A program made the translations under genes and the position numbers. The notes beneath the pieces were generated by a model. That model searched no databases, was not told where the DNA came from, and saw nothing but the letters and a program-made list of their open reading frames with translations. A stretch of DNA of 64,000 bases from Catajapyx aquilonaris (lineage: Eukaryota), in contig JYFJ02001142.1 in assembly GCA_000934665.2 (NCBI GenBank), positions 1 through 64,000 of the forward strand, given 5' to 3'. Below, one piece after another: positions 48,801-63,800 of the stretch. Every line of letters starts with the position of its first letter. Positions within the stretch are counted from its first letter, which is position 1.

Positions 48801-51800
48801 TTGTTGATGGCACTGCTTGAAAAACTCTCACCACGCCGACCTTAACCCCAGGATGGAATTCCACCTGAGATAGCAGCGCTTTTTCCAAAGGTATCTTTGA
48901 TGCGCTTCATTGGACTCTTCCTGCATGAGAAAATGTTGGGGAGGACACTGCTGGATGAAGATGTTTTGTACCTGGTGTTTACCAGAAGCTGAACTCGTAC
49001 AAGAATCGGGTTTCTGCTTGGCCTACGAGTCGTGACGGAATCAACTTCCGTCCCTATAATTTGTCAAATATTTCGTCTATATACATATTGCGATAGAGCA
49101 TTCCATTATAAGGACGTTGACAAATATCGTACACGCGAGACGTCTCACCCAGATTGGTCACCCTCATATCGTGAAATCAGTTATGTCAGCTGGGATGATA
49201 AAACCACCCTGGGAAAAACACACCAATGATCAACCGCATCTCTAGGTTTTTCTTTCGGATGTAAAAAGTCGAGAAAAAAAAGGTTTTGCAAGTCACATGA
49301 ATAAGCGCTGCTGGAAAGTTGCGGTGGTTTGCGTTTGCAACTTGTTCCGATGAGCTCAATGTCCTCCTCACTAACACACCTGCCCGGCAGAAAAAAATCT
49401 TCTTCCGGTTTGCAAAGGAGGACGCCGCCCCTCCTTTTCCACTGCGAATTCCACAACATGCTTAACAAGTCGGAAGGTTCAGTATACGCCACTGCCCGCG
49501 TAATTACGATATACAGTATCTCTCCTCTAATTGCCAAAGATCAAAAGGACGGTTATTTATGGCTACAGAATCAACATGCTGGCATTGACGTCTTATGTGA
49601 AAGGAGCACGTGGATAAGACGTACAGTATATGCATTGAATATGTCATTAGGATTATTCGATGGACAATCACAAATGGCGACAACTAGCGCTCTCATTACC
49701 AGAAATATTTACGAGGCTATAAAGCTGTACCAGCCATTGACTGGGTCACACTGCATGTTTACAGGAATTGTCTCGTGAATATCAATGACTGACGTCAGCA
49801 GAAGTATTAGGGCAGACTGTTACAGCCACTGGCATTATAAGGAAAGAGAAGTGCAATACCTTCTGGGAAATCATGTAACCTTACAGTATATATGTTAGAA
49901 AGGGCAATGAGGAACTCGGATTCAATGCTGATCAATTCCAACTATTTAATCGAACAGAAGTGAGAGCCAATTAATTTTCGCGTTTGTCTCTACTATAATT
50001 CCTGCGTAAAAGCAACAGTTCTTTGGTCGAGCTTCAAGGATTTTCATCGTCGTTTCCACATCCGTTAATCTGACCTTGCGTAGCATTTTCCGGACATTCC
50101 TCCAGTTATCTCACATATTTGCCACAGCTAGTCTACACTTTGGTATGAACTAGTGAAACGCCCAATTCAAGACAAAGTACAGTATGCTGTACGTATACTA
50201 CACCTTCCCTTCGCTTGTCAGAAAAAGTGCCTCTCCGGCCTTTCTAAATAAACAGCCAGAAAAACTACATGAAACGATGATATTTAAAATGAGCAATTCA
50301 AGCAATGCTGCGCAAGTTTAAATAATTACAGGATTATTGGAGCAAGTTCACCAGCAATTCTCTAGTACTGCCGGCTGTCATGACTTGCCACTTTTCTAAT
50401 AGTAAAATTGCTATGTATGAGTTTCACTTATAGTGTAGTTTTAAAGTGGCTGTTCAACCCCACTGCTACTTGATTAGGCTCCAACCTCATTACTCGTATA
50501 TCTATTTGTGTAAACAAATTTGACAGTGCCTGATCTCCAGTATACGCTTAAGCAGTGTGTTACGGTAGTAATGCTATATTTAGAATAACAAGCCTTTGGC
50601 GGAGACAAGTTGTTTCCTGCTGCTTCTGCAGGGTGGCCCCTGTACCGTACATATGCAAGCAGCAAGTACCGGTACGGCAAAGGAGTGCCTCACCTTGGCA
50701 TGCCTGCGCAATTTATCCCCCATTCCGATTTAGAATATGTAGACGAATGCAAATGCCTCCCAGCAACAATGCTGACGAATACAGACAGCACTGAATCGCT
50801 TCACCGAAAGGTCAATGGCTCGTGCAGGATGAACGACGCTTCTTACTTTTTCCTTCACCTGCGCCGGACCCAGCAGCTCTTATTTACTATGCGGCTGGTG
50901 GCATTGGGCCTGGCTTTTTGCCACCGGAGACAATTTGCATTTCCAACTTCTCCTAAGTGGCACTCACTATCTGCATACCTATATGCTCATGGATTGCGCC
51001 GCTAGCATCTCCTTTCACATCTCGGTGCCCGGCTCTTATGCGGTAGGGACTCATAAATTTTCTGACGCGTGGCCCAATGATTGTTGGGACAATCCGGTTC
51101 ACAAGTTGAGGACTGATCAAAACCGAGTCAAGTTCAGCATGTTGATATAACAGCTGACGTCGATAGTTGTTTTATGAGATCCCTAAGCTGCCTTGTATTA
51201 AAATATTTATTTGAAAAAATCCCTACACATACAATGTTTTATAGCTAACCGAACCTGACTGAATAAAACAAGTGCAATTTTTCATGTCAAATGTTGACTG
51301 TAAAATATTTGAACCAAATACCCGCGAACGACCTGCCTGTCTGTTTCGTCTTTCTGACTTTTTACTACATTGTGAAGGCACGTCAAGCTTCATGACGTTA
51401 AGGCATCATCAATCTCTTGGAAATTCGACTCATTCCCAAGGATATTAAGGCCTCTCGCTTTAATTACAGCATTCATTTTGCACGGTATACGCAAGAAATG
51501 ACCCAGACAGTGTCAGAATGGGGACTTGGAGATGGGTTAACAATCGCCGCGTCAAGAATCAATCAGCAAAAATGAAAATGAACAGGGCCAGACCCCTGAT
51601 GACGGCACACTTTCTCGTCCGATTCTCTCTTTGAAGTGCCCAATTTCTTTGCACTTCCTCAGGCGCACTCACAACGAATGGAAAGGTGGACCACGCGAGA
51701 CCGGTTTTTCCACATAGCATCACATACACTCAAATCATATGTACATGAACTCCCCCTCTCATAAATATGCAAGCAAAACTGAATGACCCGGCCAAACCTT

Positions 51801-54800
51801 GGGTTGGCATTCACCTTCTCACTTGTCAATATCACACTTTCTCTCTTCAAAAACTAGTCCCATTGATCATCGCCATATTTGGGGATCTCCAATTCACCTC
51901 CGAATTTGATTGCTCCCAAAAAATCGAAATTTAATTTTCGCTATGGCTTCCTTTTGTTTTGTTCCATCCCAACACCATAGCAGCGAACATCACGCTCCAT
52001 CGGCCCTGCTTTATCGTGCATTTAATTACTCTGCTTCCACAGAATACTGCAGCTATTAAAAGTAGGTAGGTCCTGCACAGAGGCAATTCCAATTTGCATG
52101 TCAGCCCCTAGCTCACGTTTTACAACACCCCTTTTTCTGGTTGTTATCAAACAGCCAATAAATCTTCCACGTTTATGCTTCATAATTATGTGTAATATTC
52201 AAAATCAGGTGCTTTTCCATTAAACTTGCGGTCATGCTGCAGTACAAAAGCAATAAAAGCGGTACTCACCATTGCAACAAAGTAAAACTGCTCAAAGTCC
52301 AACTCTTGTTGCTTGATGCCTACTAAGTCCTCTGCCAAAGTGGTGTGTCGTCCCAAAGCAGATTCTCCTTGGTCGCACAACCAGGATAGCACCTGCGAAT
52401 AAACCAATACCAACACCTGCCTTAAAAGCTCCACAATGCATTATGGCTAATTCCAAAATGTGATCATAAATCTGGGCAAGTGTCTCCCTACTTGACAAAT
52501 TATCTCCAATGCTGCCGTATACTGTACCTGAAACACTGGAGTAATAAATTGCTTCGAATATATATTCAGTCTGCCATAATCTTACATGAGATAATATCAC
52601 TTGCCTTAATTCAACAAGGGACTTCGTGTCTAAATTAGCTATGATTGATCTCCATCCTATAATATGGTCTGACACAACCTTCCTTTCCGTGTTACACAAG
52701 CATAAAATGAATTGCTATCGATACAGTGTAATTCAGTTGCCTCCATCAGCACTTCAATTCTAATCATGACAGTTGCAGGTGCACATAACATTACTTACAT
52801 ACGTATGTCTAAAGATTGTTTGTGGTGTAGATTTCCCATAAAACTTTAAGGACTAACTTTCCGTCTACTTGGTTACTAAGAATGAGTCAATCAAGTCTCC
52901 AGAAGCAAGAAAAAAAGTTTCCATCAATTTACCTTGTAATATCTGTAGAGATAAGTACTGTGCACTGATTATTTTATGTTTGAACTCATATCCAACTGTT
53001 GTCATTTATAAGGAAATCACCATAACAATGACTAAAGAGGTGATGTCACTCCAAGCTTAAATGAATCAGAGTGCACATATTGGCTGAGAAATGTGTTCCT
53101 TCTGGCAAGCAATAATTTATCTCTTGCATAATTAGGTATGGTGAACACTATCTGGTATGGAACCTTTTGAAAAATCTTAATTTTTATGGAGCCTCATTTC
53201 TATTTGCAATACTTAATGCAAACCCTTGGGGCACATACCCATCCTAAATACAGTAAAACCTCGATGTAACGCTCTTAAAGGGACCACCCTAAAGTAGCAA
53301 ATTATAAGCGGGATAGCGATATATGAAGGAAAACTGATTTACCTTATGAAAATGATCAAGGGACTGGAAAAGGGGGCATTAAAAGTGGGAAAGTGTTATA
53401 TACGGGAGCATTATATCGAGGTTTTACTGTACTTGCTATCTAAAGATTCAGGGTTGTGCGTGACCCAAGTCCCCAGTTCAGGAGGTTGGTAGGGAAAAAA
53501 TGCGAGGGTTGTTAACCCTACCAAAAAGTTCAATCGAAGAAACTTTCTGGAAGCAACTATCAGACCCACATTCTCTTGCAGTGACTGTTGCTTCTCTTTA
53601 AAATGGTTTCTGAGATAAACAATACATAATTTCTTATATTCTCACCTCTTGAATTGTGACTTGGGTTCGAATTGGGCAGTGCACAAACCTTTATGCTTTA
53701 TCAGCTTTATGAGAGTCATTATTCTTCTTAAAAAACAACGCAACAAACCTGTGCAGCTTCTTCCTGAGCTGCCCCTCTTTGGACAAAGTCTCTTAGACGC
53801 TTCCACCTTTTGTCAGCCACCTCTTCCAAACGCTGCCAAGCTTTCAGAACGTGTCCAACCAATCTAGAACACCTTCTCACAAGCAACCTGCAAAAAGACA
53901 TTCAGAAGTCACTATCAAACACCTTTATAGCTCTAGTAAAAAAAAGTTTCCCTTTCTTAAATGACTTCCTAAGTCGCAATAATGTTCTAGTATCCAATGG
54001 AGTACAACTACATCATGTAAAAGGTGTACAGCATTGTGGCATAAATGCTATCCTGCACGTCCAATGAGGATGGGAAAAAAGAGGTGCACACCGTGAGTCG
54101 TTGTCATGTGGCAGAAGAGGTAACATCTGGCGGAGAGGTTCCAGCATGTCTTTGGGCCCCTGGAGCAATAACCTCTGGATGCCTGGGTCTTCTTTGACCA
54201 GAGCCATTTCTCTCCTCTGCTGCTCCATTTGTTGTCGGGCCTGGGCCTGTGAGGTGGGTGGGCTGCTGCTCCACGTCTTCAGGGACCACAGCCCCTTCAC
54301 CACCCTTCTCCCTGCAGATTCACATTCCCATCTCAGCTCCTCTGCCACCTGCAAACATGGTTACCAGACATTATGACTCAATGTATTGCTTGGCTCTAGC
54401 CCAAAATATGCCTTGTTAACAAGTAAACAAACAAGACAATTAAGATATCTTTCACAGGGACAGTGATAAAATTATTATTGGAGGTCTTCCGGTCCCTGTT
54501 TAACTGCCAGATCCAATTAAGCAATTAACTGATCTCTAAGTTTTCATTAATTCAAGCTGGAAATAGCGCATTATGTGTCATACATGCAAAACAACATGAC
54601 ATCAGCGTGGTTATCTATCTGAGCTGATACGAGAATCGGATTTACTGAGTACTGACACTGTAACGTTCAGTCACCCACTTCCCCAGTGGCCACTTCCTCA
54701 ACCCCTGACAACATAAATAGGCGAATATGAGATGCTTCCTACTATAAACGCCGTGGAAGCCAAGTGGGGCCTCGTAAAAAATCTGCCATCTTTGCAGCAT

Positions 54801-57800
54801 TTACTGCTTTATATTACAGAATATAAATATGTCCCCGCAAAATAACGCCTTGGCTGCTACGGTTCTTAACCGAGCCCAATTCTTAGAATGCTACAAGATT
54901 CATGGCCAGAGTTCACGTCTCAAGTTCTTGGCAACCCCTCACAAAGGTCCACTTTTTTTCTCTCTCTCGCAGGAATGTTACTGCTGTCGGCATACAGCCC
55001 CAGACATCATCAGGCGGCATAACCCATCAAGCAGTATGCAGTATTTGGTCAAAAAGAGTGACAGGGAACCGGAATAGTGAGCCATAACACATGTGGAAAA
55101 TCCATCTCAGAGTGAAAAGGCACGCGGGTCAGGCAATAGATGTAATCCTGGGAGAACGTGGGGGTAGTTGCACTTATAGTATAGGTTGTTATGCAGGTTG
55201 GCATTGGCCCAATGACAGGGCTTCTAAATTGGTCTGGGACAGAGAGATGAGGTGGTTGCCCTGGTCGAGGACCATCCTTGGCCTTCTCTCCTTTCTCTTT
55301 CATCTATCACTTTCTGCTGCTCCACAGGTACGAGCATTTTCATTGTGTTCCCCACATTACATGTAAGAGCTCACATCGGGCATTTTTTCGGGACCCGTCC
55401 CTTCCTGCGCCCCATTGAAAGGGTTTGCAACTTGATGTGACAGGCCCTCGGATTGGGAGGGTCCCCATTTGCATATGAGTCAATCCGCGGCATACACTAC
55501 AGGCCTACATGCAGCTGCTCTGTATGCTTCACGGAGGTATCGCTCACCATCAACTGGCCAAGTCTCTGTCAGCGATGTTCTAATGCTCAATAGAAATTCA
55601 ATCACAATGGGAGTAATTTATGAGGATGTATTTTGCAAGTATAATTTAGTATCATTTTCTGCAATCAAAAAGTCAGATTATGTGATACAATTTATTACTT
55701 TGCCATTATCACTGTGTAATTGTGCAATTTTATAAGTGTCGTCATTTTATTGCAAATTGTTACCCTAGGATCTCACTCATTTACTGCACATGCATATGCT
55801 GGCTATTGGATGCATCCCCTTGATCAGTGGGGCGTCAATATGAACCATAGTTCGGTATTATAAACTTCGCGATATTCTCAGCCTTCATACGTACAGTCGA
55901 CGCTGAATGGGACATATAGGCTAGCATTCGTTAAGGCTCCGCAAAGGCTCTTTTCCCATCAATCCGTTAGATCAGCATCCGCTTCCAACCTCCGAATACA
56001 AAAATTGAGGGAACTTCGTCGAACAGTAGATCAAAATGTTATTGACTAAAATTGGCCTCCTTGCCACACCCTGTGAATGACCAAAGCAAAGCTAAGAGAG
56101 GAGGAGCCTTTTTTGAGTCTCATGAGATCTGGCAGGGGCAGAAGCCAATTTTCTGGGGCGACTCTAGCGTGAGCTGCACCACAATGCTGCTTGGTCAACT
56201 GGAGACGTGCCTTTCTGGAACCGGGAGACTTGACAATCCGATGCTGCTGTGTGTAAGACCTAGTTCTGGTATACACACTGGAAGCAGTAAATGTAAATAT
56301 TATCTCATCAGTTCATGACGTTATTGCAAATATGCAAAAAGTAATTATGTATTATATCAGTTACACAAACATTTGGTAGCTTAGAAAAAATTCCGCCAAA
56401 CACATTTTAACCTTGTAATGAACAGCAATTTGGACAACAACGAATGAATACTTAATAGCATTTCACTCTCAAGCAGGCTGTACCATGCAGCAGGCTCCTG
56501 ATCGACATGACTTGGCAGCTGTTTAATTGCATTACTGTGGCAGCTATTAAGAATGAGTGGGTCAAGTGGAGTAATGAATTTCTCTCCTCATGCTGACAAA
56601 TCAGAAGGACACACTTATCTATTGTTTGAAATCAGCGGGGTAAATGTTTAATTGACAGTTTCATTAAATTGATCGTAACTGTGGTGGGGATAGTTGTTAT
56701 GAAACCGACTACTGCAATCGATAACGCATTATGCAATAGCAGGCTACTACTAACGATAATCTTGACCTAAGTCTCTATACAGATCTAATTGTACTAGTAT
56801 GTGCACATTACAGGACATGATTGTGCACTGTGCAGAATGCTGTCATAATTAATTTACCCTACACTGCGTACGGAAAAATGTGAAAAGTTGGAATTACGAA
56901 TTCCCGTTGCTCGAAACTAGAAAATTTGGACAATAAATGTCCTGTGCTGTATGCCTGAGTGATATATGAAGGCATTAGAAAATGCGTTTGCCTATCAAAG
57001 AAGCCGGAATAATATGTTTTAAAAACTACTTTTCACTATATGTGTGTTTGGGAGGAAACAGAAAAGAACACTGAAACGTCACAACAAGGACGTCATCTTC
57101 ACTTCCTCTCCCTTTAGTGGAAATGGCAATTTATTGGCTGGTTTTTTCGCATTCCAGTCATTATATTACTCCTGACGTTCCGTGGAGACTTGTAATATTA
57201 TTCACGCGTCCATAATGTCACGCACATCCTATATCTTGTCCAAGAAATCTGCACTAAAACCAAATAAATCATTGCGGTGTGGAAATCTTGGGGAAAAAAA
57301 GAAACAACCGAGGAATGTATTTCACTTGCATAAAGGATTAAAGCCGACCTGTGCGAAAAGGACTCGCACAAGTGAGTTCTCGCACATAATTCCTCGTGAT
57401 AGGTGTATGGCACAACAGGTATTGTGTCCCGCAATAAATTCTGGGCAAGTAATGGCCACTTATACCCGGAGCAGCCAAGTTCGTAGCAAAAGATACTCGA
57501 CCGGGAGAGTTTGTGCCTTGGGCAGGATTTTCTCTGCACGATTAGGTATCCCAGATAAGCCATCCTCCCAGTCACCAATCTTTGGGGCCCACCACCTGAC
57601 CTCTCCCAAGACTTAGAAAGAGCTGGATGGAGAATCAGCCCCGGGGCAAAAGCGGGGCTTGGGACGAGTGAAACTCGGCAAGAAGAGAGTTCCGTGTCAC
57701 TGGAGCACCACCAAATTAAGCCTGCTGCCCTTGCACCGTTTTATGTTAGGCATATATATACAACAGCTTTTGTCCTTACCCTTGCCATCTAAAAACTGCC

Positions 57801-60800
57801 TAAATAAAGAGCAAGCCCCGCCCCCTTTCAAGCACCGGCTTTCTCCGCAATCTAATTACCGTACGCACGTATCTCCTGCCGTGTAATTGTGGTGAACTCG
57901 ATACTCTGCTGGCAGCCCAAGTCCCTCAGCAATGGGTCCCCCGGCATAGAGGAAATTAAACGGCTCTTCTCATTCAACGGTGGACAATGGGGGCTAGGTC
58001 TACCCCACCCCCTTTCCGCACTCGACTTTTCATTACAAAACGTGTGGCGCCGCAATCAATTATCTACAGGCCCACGCCACCTTAACTGCTGCAAAATTTC
58101 GAATTATTCGCCCGCAATTATTCCTCAATGGCCCGCATTGCCTAAGTTTGTACCTGCACACTCTTATCTTGGAACCAGGTTATTGTCTTCCCCCTCCCCT
58201 CAAATTGCCCATAAAGTAATTCCAAGTCTTAGCCATAAGTCAATTCGGTGCCACTGTATTCAAAAATAATGAATGCCATAACCCGGTAATTTAATTTTAA
58301 CGAGAATCATGCATCCCCAGGAGCGTGAAAATTGGGAGCAGCAGGAGTTAACGTCTTAACACCAGGTTACACTGCAAGTAACCGGTGCCAAAACATTGAA
58401 CCGAATCGCATGTCAGTGCAATGACGATGCAATAATGAGCAGCATAAGCTTGTCAATGGTGGTGCATACCGGTACACCGGCATCGTTAAAACCGCAGTTT
58501 GTACATAAATCGGCGGGGTTTACAGCAGGCCCTGTTAGCTGAAGCACACTCGAGGTTAGCAGTAAAACACGAAGAAAACTAAGAAACAGTTATGATTGTA
58601 AGAAGTTATCCATCCATCCGACAAGTGGAAACAAGCCGAAAGAGAGAGAGAGAGAGAGAGAGACACTCCGGGTCAGCAACCGTTAGATCAGCTCGTTTAT
58701 TTTATCGAGCGGGGGACTCTGCAATAGCGATTCTCTGTATATTCCAGGGAGAGGAGCTCGACGAGGAATTTGCGACAATTCCATTCCCGTCGCGAGTCCG
58801 CCCCCTCATAGGAAAGCCATCCCAAAAATGTCTTTGCCGGCTTCGAGTGTGCAATACCGCTCCGGGTCCCGTAATGGTCGTGACATGTTTTCTGCGGAAC
58901 AAAACATTTCCCCTTCCTCACCTTTCTCAAATGCAACCACTGGTCCTGAAGGTGCGTCACCGATCCACCTAGGTCGGAGGGCAGGTCAGGGAACCTTCTC
59001 CAGAGACCCTCTTCTTCTCGCCTCAACACTTCCACCTGTGGAAAGTTCTCGTAGTTAACAACAAAATGGTTTCCACACTTATCCACCACCGGTGCAATTA
59101 ACTCACCTGTACTTTCCCTGTGCCTTGGACTGAGGTGCAGGCTTCTTGGCGGTCAGGTCCGACTACCACCAGTCTGGATACCGACAGCACCTCCTTTTGG
59201 GCGGGAGGGAACAAGAAGAAGGGCACAGTCAATGAACAATCTCGATGGAGAGAACCCGACTGACAAAATGAAGAGCCCCGGAGGGACATGTGACCTGAGC
59301 CAACTGAAGAGCCTCCTGGAGTTTTTTGTGCGGCGTCCCGTCGACAAGCAGGAGAATTCCTTTGGCGAGGTCATCCTTCCTGAGTTGGCTCTGGTAGAAG
59401 AGCAGCAAGGAGGCCACATGCCTGGCCGAGAGGGTGTCCAGCGTCTGCCTGTGCCGACCACTGGCCGTCACCAAGGGCCGCCCTTCAGAGTCTCGTAGCC
59501 CTGTGGGGTCGTGTCAAGTCAAAGGGGTTTCAGACTTCTTCCCTTATAGCCCGGCTGTCTAGACTGTGTGGGGTCCCTTGCACAATCGGGTTTTCTTCCG
59601 ATCTGACGGACACTGCCGTCGTAAAAGGCTTTCTACGCCCTATTTTATTGCACCCTCCTCCACTCTCCAAATCTCTGTTTCTACTTGCATCCAAAATTGA
59701 CTTTTACTTCCCGCTATATCCGACAAAATATGGAGATGGCCAATTGCAACCTAATTATACTTGTGGGTATATGACAAGGGTACAGTGTAGCAGCAGCAGG
59801 CGCGGCCATTGATTCCGCTCCTGCTGGCTCCCCTGCAAACAACCGCTGGCCTACATTTTCCTTCCAAAACAAGCCGAAATGAATGGTAATAAAACGTGAT
59901 GACCTCAACGCACCGGGTGGACCCCTAACAAGTAAGCATTGAAGTGCACCGTGCTTTAGTGCTTGAAAATTAATGCCCCCCATTGTGGGGTTTGTCCAGC
60001 ATTGGCCTGGCGACTGACTGACTGCCCGTCTCCCATTAAAATGCGTCTGGGAAGGAAGCAGGGGCCCTCCTTCCTTATTTCCCGAGGACATCTCCCTCCT
60101 CGATCCATGAGAAACAAAAGCTATTCAGCCTGAGGCTTACCTGGAAAGGCGATTCCGCACAGCAGGACGGCTTCCTCCAAGTCCCGGACGGACGTGGGGG
60201 TCCTCACAGGCCCATCATCCGGCTCTTCCTTTCTCTTCTCATCCTCCGACACGCCTGAAAACAAACCAAGCCCATTTTTTTAAACAAAAAAATCCCATCC
60301 TGAAACTGCATAAGTGGATGAAAAACTTCGGTCACATTACATCGAATTTATGCAGGTCTGCGGTCGGAAATGGATTTTTTTTCCTCCTTTTCAGAAATTC
60401 AAGCCATTACTGCTCAGTTTTTTTCTCTCTATCTTCTTCCTTGACGTTTTTCCAATACTAGCCAGACTCTGTGACTGCCACCGAAAGTTACCGGGGGCCT
60501 ACAGCGAAACAGTTTGCGAACAAACCTATTCGGTAACCAGTTGAGGCTCTTAATTGAGGGAGTTAAGCCACAGGATTCTCTCACAGTTTAGCGAGAAACG
60601 GACCAAAAAAAATAGGAACTTCCGCACTTTTAAAGCCGGCAATTAATTATTGTGTAGTCTGCCGAATTCCCATTGCTTCAGGCCGTTTTTTTCGGGGAAT
60701 GGCCATCTTCCGGCCTAAGCCCTGGATAAGAACTAGGTTGGAAAAGCAGGCCTGAGGCTGGGCGCGTGTCCAGATCAACATGGCACAAACCACTCTCGCT

Positions 60801-63800
60801 TTCACTGCCAACCTTGAACTCGCACTTCATTCAACTTGTCATTTATTGCCCGCCAGTTTGCCTTCCATGTTCCGTACTTTTCGGGGGGGGCTACCCATTT
60901 TTCAGCCCTTGCAGATTGATTCAGCTCGACTGCCAGGGTTAATGATCGATCAAATTGGAAGTGGCACTCAAACTGTTCCCAGCGGGAGTGCTCCGCAAAA
61001 TCATTCGCCTACAGCTTCTGCTTTCCAACCACCTGCGATGCATTACAGGTGCTCCATTCATTTACATTACCATTTGGAGGAATCGGGCACGAACACTTCA
61101 AGGTACTATACTTCAATTTATTTTACAGTATTTTGTGCTGTGCGTGCACACTTTGGCTGGGAGTGTACACGTAAACAAATCAGCGGCAAAAAGAGTTGTG
61201 GCTAGTGGCCTAGTCGCGCTGCCACACATACATGACCCGCATAAATGGTATGCGTTTTGGACGTGTGTCGGCGCCTGTAATGTTAGGTTTGGGAGGTGGC
61301 AGGCAGGCAGGCGGTGGAAAGAGATCTCTTAGGCCCACACAAGACTTCCTGCTCCATCAATATTTTCAGTGGGGTTCAACTACCTGCAGTAAGGCCATGC
61401 AGCATGCAGATGGATGAGTCTCCGGGAACAATACCGAGCAAAGCATCCTGAGTGGCGCCGTCTTCCTCCTCCACTCAAGTTCAATGTTCTCTCTGTCTCT
61501 TTTTCCTTCTCACCTCTTGCTCTTTTACACAGCAGGTCACCAGCCGGAAACATGACCCCTTCTGACCAGTGTCCAACTTGCCCCCAGTGGGAAAACCACA
61601 AGAGAAGAGGCCATGTGCAGCTACCGTTTCGCATGCAAGCCAATTTTCTGGCCAAATTAAGTTCATAATCACATTAGCAGAGGATGCACTAAAATTCAGC
61701 ACACGTGGAGCGACCAAGATTCACCTTCCTCCCCTGCACACTAAATGTTCAGCGATTGTCGTAAATCATACTAAAAAGCATCGACCTAAATATTAGAAAT
61801 CTGATAAGGAATTTTCTACACGACTTTCTGGAGGAAAAGGCTCCAGCTATCTAGTTCATCGCCCAATCTTTTGCTAGCCTCCATTATTAAGGCAATCCGG
61901 CCCAGTAGTCGCCACTTTTGACTGAGCCTGCACCATAATAAGTTGCAAAGCCTGCCATAAAGCGCACCTGACCATGCAGTGACAGGAGACACTGTGACAG
62001 CCGGTTTGGAAAGAGACAAGAGCCGGCGGGGGAATTGCCACACTCGACACATAATATATTAAAGGATTCCCGGAGCATATTTCGCCAAACTTGGCAGAAT
62101 AAAGGCAAACGCTGAAACTTTTCGCTGAAGATGAAAGGGGTGTGCAAGAAAAAGAAACGTAGCAGAAAAAAGTCGTCCAAGAAAGGAAACAGTCCTTCTA
62201 ATTACTCGGGAACCTTGGCCCCCACAGTTCCTGAGAGGGAATTAAATCTGCTCACGGAACGACAGCTTCCCAACACGTCAAGGAAAAAAATAAGTATATA
62301 GTGTCTCTCTTCCCACGCCCATTTCCAAAAGTCTCTTTTCTTTTCTCGCACACTAGATAAAAACCCATAAAACTTATCAGAAAGCCAAGGCCAAATGTTG
62401 CTTTCAGTCAAAGAACACTGCACGAATATATAAGCAAGGTCATAATCAACAAAACTATTAAATTTAACATAATCTTCTCTTTTGATCATATCACTGGCAT
62501 TTGGAATAAATTATTCCACTTTAAAGGACAATACAGTAGTGCCAGTCATTCAGAAATTATTCGATCCCTTCTAAAAATGATTCTATTTCATAACCGGGCC
62601 AGCATGTTGCAAAACTATGGCGCAATGTTTATCTGCTTACTTTCGAGAAGGCGTGACAAAAGTATTAAATGGGGCCTGTGCTGCGTAAGTGTGGATGAGG
62701 AAGGTACTTTCAGATCGTCAAGGCACATTAGCCTCATACTTGGGAACATGATGGCGGTGGGTCTATCACGGACAGAAATTTTAATTTCCCGTTATATGCA
62801 GGTTCCTCGCCCCCGTACAGGTTTAGTAAGATGCCAGTTTTAATTTACTGCGCACAGCGTGTAATACCACACTTTAATCCTACAAATGAATCAAGGATTC
62901 AATTTAAAATAATAACGGAACCGAACCTTTATCACTCGGCCAGGCAGCCGTGTAATACACTCGAATAATGTATCTAAACCATTATATTCCAAAACGCCTT
63001 TTACCACGTGAAACACTCGTTTGACTACGTACGCCGCACCTGTTAAGCCGATTTGGGAGGACACGAGAAAAATTGTTGACAGGTGCATGACTAAGTGGTG
63101 GTTTAGTAACACATCACCTGGCGAAGGAAGAAAAAAAATATTCTCTCATATGCACAGTTGACTGCTGACATCGTCATATCCGCCCTAAACGGACGGGTCC
63201 TTTTTTTTATATACACACTGTATATACCTTGGGCTCTTTGTTTGAGAAGACGTGTGGGAACCAGAAGTGCGGGGAATTGCCTGGTAGGTATAAGGCTCCA
63301 TTGTTCGAAGGCGAAGGAAGAAAGGAAGAAGGGAAATGAGCGTGGCTGCTTCGTTAGTTGCTGCAAGTAGGCAATTGGGGTGGCAAAGTGGAAAAAGAGC
63401 CCAATTATCCGCCGGCTACTGCCTTCGGGCTGCCATTGAAAGGGGCCCCACATGAGCAAGCAGAAGAAGAAGAGTCGTGTCCACCACGCTCCCGCCCTGG
63501 CTTTATTCTAATTTCGACCAGTTTCACAGAAATATTAAAGGGTTGGCGGGGGGGGGGGGGNGGGGGGGGGGGAACTAATCCTTCCTTCGTTTGAATGAAA
63601 ACCTCGCCGGATTTACTCCCAAATTGAAGGCGGAGCTTCCTGTTTAACTGTTTAAGCACAAAAACAGCAGGGACTGACCTTTAGTTGAATCCGGAGGGAG
63701 CTGTCGGTGGTCGTCGTCGTCGTCTGTCAGGCTGCAGTCGCTGTCTATGTGCGGGATTAGTCCAGCGACCGCCTCGAGTGGACAGGCCTGTGTTGAGCTG

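Noticed and set aside
46560..48975. Other GC-rich, protein-looking ORFs in the large RhoGEF intron (46560-46793 and ~48840-48970)
   Set aside because: No phase-0-compatible acceptor/donor pair exists without in-frame stops.
52716..52723. DRE-like palindrome TATCGATA in a RhoGEF intron
   Set aside because: A single 8-mer is expected by chance in 64 kb, and there is no other promoter evidence.
63548..63572. Long G run containing an N (and a C-run/A-run junction at ~14615-14644)
   Set aside because: These are homopolymers of uncertain length, likely affected by sequencing error. No function can be inferred.
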